A stretch of DNA of 64,000 nt from Wickerhamiella versatilis (Eukaryota), in NCBI GenBank assembly GCA_030867685.1, contig JAQOWU010000001.1:682001-746000 (forward strand), written 5' to 3'. The notes beneath the pieces were generated by a model. It worked only from the letters and a program-made list of their open reading frames with translations, made no database searches and had not been told where the DNA came from. A program made the translations under genes and the position numbers. Positions within the stretch are counted from its first letter, which is position 1, and every line of letters begins with the position of its first letter. Below are positions 60,131 to 64,000 of the stretch, piece by piece.

Positions 60131-61873
60131 TTAATTACAGTCAACAAGACTCAGAACGACGAGCTGAATAGGTTCGCAATAGCTTGCTATCGATTCATCG
60201 TAAATGTTGAAGAAATCACCGGAACGGCACTGATAGAACGTATTCTGGTTTCCAAGATTGAGCATCCCATCGTAAATAGACCATCCTGCCGCGTAGATCG
60301 AGCCAGACTGAGGAGGTGGTCCATCGAATTGAAACTGCCTATTAGATACAATGGAACCAACTCTACCTTGCACATCATAAATAACAGAGTCATCTAGATG
60401 CAATTTCAGCACATCACCACCTTCACAAGCGTGCCATGGAGTATCGAGTGTGCTAGTTCCAGTTCCACTGTTCGCACGCTCAAGGGTAATAGAAAGAAAA
60501 GCACTTTCGTGCTCTATATTGAAACTTTGAACCGACGAAATCTCATCGTGCTTAACTTGAAGTCCTCTGTCGCTTCCCTCTATCTCTCCTAAATTTGAAA
60601 TAGCTTGAACAGGCAGAGCACTTGCCTGTGAGGCCTTTGAATTGGCATCTAAAGTCCTGACTCCAATTCCGAAAGTACCGTGAAATGCCTTAGTAGCGTC
60701 AGGTGGAGGGAGTGCTTGAGGAGTAAGTGTAGTCCAAGTTGATGGCAACTCTCTTCCAGATTGGGGTATTCCGCCAGATCCTTCGGGTGAAGCAGTTGAA
60801 GAATACGACGGTGGTTTTGTTCTGTGCTGAACCTGACCATCACTTAATTCATCAACACCTGTTGTCGACTTGAATGTAGGAGTGATGAATATTGTCTGTG
60901 TTTTGGAGATCGTCTTAGTTGTATCTACGTCATGAAAAATCGACTCGGTTGAGGTTGTGACATCATGCTTCATGACAGTGGTAGTTTGGCTTTGGGTAAC
61001 AGTATTAGTTCTGTTAAGAACATCTGTGACTGTAGAATATGCTGTTGTTGTATCGAATATCGACTTGAGCGCTGTCACTGTATCAGTGGTAGAATGTACA
61101 TCGTGAATAGTAGACAATAAGGTAGAGCGAAGTGTTTCCGGCACAGTGATTGAAAGGGTAACTGATTCAGTTGTGGCTACAGTAACAGCCGATGTACTTA
61201 CCACTGTAGTTGAATGAGTTGTCGTTTGAGTAGTTGGTACAGTAGTCGAAATAGTCATGTACTCTGTAGTGGGTTTTGTAACAGTCGTGGGGATTGTAAC
61301 GAAGCTCTCGATAAAACTAGATTTTGTGATCGGACTCGTACTTAGTTCAATGATGGTAGTAGGTTTCAATTCCGTACTCGTAGACCACCGAAGAAGGGTT
61401 CTCGTTAAGTAGTCTGTAGTTGGATACGGCTCCGAAATTGTTGTGGAAACGTAGAGAGACGTTGTCTTCAACTCTGTTGTCAGAAGAGTAGAGGAGATAA
61501 AATCAGTTGTTTTGGACTCAACAGTTACAGTGCTCGTAGGAATAGCTGTTGTAGCTTTGGATGATGGATCATCATCACATGTCACTATGGTATGACAATG
61601 TGGACATGTAGATTCTGTGACTGTTGATAATTCAGTCACTGAACGAGTTCTGTACAAAGTGGTTGGCAAAGGGCTCGTAGTACTTTTAGAACCTGTTGGG
61701 ATGTAAACAGTACGTGGTTCACTGATGGTTGCAACTTTATGAGCCGTATGTGTCTCTCCGGGTAGTGTGATAGTCACCAGATCTGCCCTGGCTAATTCTT
61801 CAGGTGATGAGTGCAAACCTTGGGCACTAACATGCACTAGCACTATGAATAAATAAGATAGTGACTGTAACAT
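60131..61873 (-). CDS. Secreted Thr-rich cell-wall protein with one Pir repeat and C-terminal Pir four-Cys domain
   Basis: Signal peptide, long Thr/Ser stalk, ELSDGQVQ, FHGTFGIGV, RVGSIVSNRQFQFDGPPPQSGSIYAAGWS, FYQCRSGDFFNIYD. Confidence 0.88.
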   Translation of the reverse strand: MLQSLSYLFIVLVHVSAQGLHSSPEELARADLVTITLPGETHTAHKVATISEPRTVYIPTGSKSTTSPLPTTLYRTRSVTELSTVTESTCPHCHTIVTCDDDPSSKATTAIPTSTVTVESKTTDFISSTLLTTELKTTSLYVSTTISEPYPTTDYLTRTLLRWSTSTELKPTTIIELSTSPITKSSFIESFVTIPTTVTKPTTEYMTISTTVPTTQTTTHSTTVVSTSAVTVATTESVTLSITVPETLRSTLLSTIHDVHSTTDTVTALKSIFDTTTAYSTVTDVLNRTNTVTQSQTTTVMKHDVTTSTESIFHDVDTTKTISKTQTIFITPTFKSTTGVDELSDGQVQHRTKPPSYSSTASPEGSGGIPQSGRELPSTWTTLTPQALPPPDATKAFHGTFGIGVRTLDANSKASQASALPVQAISNLGEIEGSDRGLQVKHDEISSVQSFNIEHESAFLSITLERANSGTGTSTLDTPWHACEGGDVLKLHLDDSVIYDVQGRVGSIVSNRQFQFDGPPPQSGSIYAAGWSIYDGMLNLGNQNTFYQCRSGDFFNIYDESIASYCEPIQLVVLSLVDCN

Positions 61874-62279
61874 GTGATATACCTCGTCCAGACTTTATCG
61901 CTTTATATACTCTTATAATAAATATTCTGATGCTAATTAGACAAAACTCTATTCTACCACCACACTTGTCTAGGAGCAATAGTCAGAATTTTGAAAAGTT
62001 TTAAGGAGAGATCAGTGCTTTCAGATAAAATAAAGCTGAGGTATTATATCCAATTACGCCACGGTCTAGAGGTATATTAATTCAAGAAAGATACTTGAAA
62101 CAGATTTATCGTTCTAGATTAGATTAGACAATAATCATTGGAAGAAACGAAATTGAGTTGTTTCAAAGAAATATGACCTAAAAAGGAATCCTTATATTTT
62201 CGAATATCTGAGGTAGCAGCAATTCACCGGAAAGACTGTTTATGACTTATTACTACTGAGAAACCCAATTTATTCACGA

Positions 62280-63137
62280 CTAAATCTTAAGAGTGTCAAA
62301 GTCGGACTCACTATGCCGTTCAGTCAGGCCAGGTGGATCACTAAATGGCTTGTTCACTGCTAGACCTTTCCTGACAGCCGGGCGCTTAAGAAGCTTATCA
62401 CTCCATGCTTTGACGTGTGGGTATTCATGGACGCTTAGGAACTCACCAGCTCCATAAAGACGACCTTCAACCAACTGACCAACCCACGGTACAGTTGCGA
62501 TATCAGCGATAGTGTACTCATCTCCTGCAATATAGGGAACTTCCTTAAGTCTTCTTTCGAGGACATCAAGTAATCTCTTTGTCTCAAGAGCATACCTGTT
62601 AATAGCATATTCAATTTTGACTGGAGCGTAGGCATAGAAATGACCGAAACCGCCACCAATGAAAGGCGCACTTCCTACCTGCCAGAAAAGCCAATTTAGC
62701 GTTTCCGTACGATTGGCTATATCCTTGGGCAGGAAAGCGCCAAACTTCTCTGCTAGATACAAGAGTATAGAGCCTGATTCGAATATGCGAAGAGGACTGT
62801 CAGTGTTGCTTCGATCAACCAAAGCTGGAATCTTTGAATTCGGATTGATATCCACAAATCCACTGCTAAATTGATCGCCCTGGCCGATGTTGATAAGCCA
62901 AGCATCATAATCTGCATCCTTGTATCCAAGAGAAAGTAGCTCCTCGAGGAGAATTGTCACTTTAGCACCATTAGGAGTCCCCAAAGAATACAATTGTAGA
63001 GGATGTTCTCCAATTGGCAGTTCTTTGTCGTGAGTGGGTCCAGCCGTAGGTCTGTTAATGTTGGCAAACTTACCGCCACCTGACTTGTCCCATTTCCAGA
63101 CCTTCGGTGGAACATATTCTCCGTGACTTGTACTCAT
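62280..63137 (-). CDS. yghU: YghU-type (Nu-class) GST / glutathione-dependent disulfide oxidoreductase, bacterial-type
   Basis: YVPPKVWKW, FANINRPTAG, HPLQLYSLGTPNG, GDQFSSGFVDINPNSKIPAL, GGGFGHFYAYAP, ERHSESDF; ATG at 63137. Confidence 0.92.
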   Translation of the reverse strand: MSTSHGEYVPPKVWKWDKSGGGKFANINRPTAGPTHDKELPIGEHPLQLYSLGTPNGAKVTILLEELLSLGYKDADYDAWLINIGQGDQFSSGFVDINPNSKIPALVDRSNTDSPLRIFESGSILLYLAEKFGAFLPKDIANRTETLNWLFWQVGSAPFIGGGFGHFYAYAPVKIEYAINRYALETKRLLDVLERRLKEVPYIAGDEYTIADIATVPWVGQLVEGRLYGAGEFLSVHEYPHVKAWSDKLLKRPAVRKGLAVNKPFSDPPGLTERHSESDFDTLKI

Positions 63138-63743
63138 GTTGGTTTTAGATATCAGGCTTCTTCCAACGAAACTGATCAGATATTTATGTCGAGTTGCTGT
63201 GCTGATGTGATTGCACGTTGGGACGATGATGTGATGTGGGCGTCTAAGCATTATATTAGCGATCTTAGACGTATATTGTGTAATCTGTAATCTGGCAGGC
63301 CCGAATGGTTAGTTAGCTTTATAGTTCAGCCAAAACTCAGCGGTGACTCCTTACAAATAATCCAAATAATCCACATTGTCAAGCCCACTACCGTAAGATG
63401 ACTTCACCCTTAGCGCTTGATTAGGTATACCATACTGAGACTGATAATTCCAAGATGTATCTCACATTTATATCAATGCTAGAAAATTTTGACAAAGTTC
63501 TTTCTCGAAATCACTTATCATAAGCAAGCTTGATAGTCCTAGTCATCTAAATATATTGCTGACTCATCATGTTTTACTGTGGCTAATATAAGACAAAGTT
63601 GCTAAACATTTCAAGGATATATAGGTTTTCCATCAAACGCACTGGCTGCTCTGAACTTTGTATCAGGTACTTCCGACACAATTTAACTATACAATTCTGT
63701 ATACGTAAACAAAACTCAGCAAATGTGTCATCAGGTGTGAGTA

Positions 63744-64000
63744 ATGGATTGGGCACGAGCGGACCGGTGGCATTCGCCATCATCACGCGAGGAGTCTGAG
63801 GAGCCTGTGCATCTAGGGAGGCATAGCGATGATTCCCTAGCAATTGAGCAAACGTTTTCCGACAATGCTAGGATTGAACGAATAGCATCAAATGCCTCCA
63901 GTGCCACAGGAAAGCTGTATCGACAACTTTCGCACCACCCTTTAGACGATTCTGGTGCACAAGACGCAAGAGAATTGGAAAAGCCAGGACATAATGAAGT
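63744..64000 (+). CDS. 5' end of a gene running off the right edge (hydrophilic N-terminus, partial)
   Basis: ATG 63744 stays open to the window end: MDWARADRWHSPSSREESEEP...IERIASNASS; resembles the cytosolic N-tails of transporters but is not identifiable. Confidence 0.5.
   Translation, partial: MDWARADRWHSPSSREESEEPVHLGRHSDDSLAIEQTFSDNARIERIASNASSATGKLYRQLSHHPLDDSGAQDARELEKPGHNE

Overview
This is eukaryotic nuclear DNA from an extremely gene-dense, essentially intron-free budding yeast. It uses the standard code (CTG sits at the conserved Leu of Frq1 'SKLSK'). The compactness, the retained CNT, HIUase and QTRT2 genes, and two bacterial-type genes suggest a Wickerhamiella/Starmerella-like (Dipodascales) yeast; this is inference only. 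The window holds about 43 protein genes, mostly housekeeping, plus one intron-containing tRNA-Tyr(GTA). Most interesting observations: (1) an AP-1/bZIP-like heptamer TKACTMA lies, in either orientation, 2-41 nt from the start codon of 12 unrelated genes and overlaps the ATG of a 13th, suggesting a lineage-specific core-promoter system for ultra-short promoters; (2) an unannotated 49-aa transmembrane microprotein ORF overlaps the HST2 start in another frame, only 23 bp from the divergent RQC2 ATG; (3) Rqc2 has a natural D-to-S change in the CAT-tailing DR motif; (4) a Tdp1 homolog has lost both HKN catalytic motifs; (5) QTRT2 lacks its Zn-binding cysteines; (6) two probable bacterial horizontal transfers (PIG3-type quinone oxidoreductase beside the tRNA, and a YghU-type GST); (7) a tandem CNT duplication with a homogenised core. 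Gene names come from recognising motifs by eye; no database searches were run. Start codons were corrected to the likely ATG where the ORF track began at TTG/GTG or at an upstream in-frame codon.
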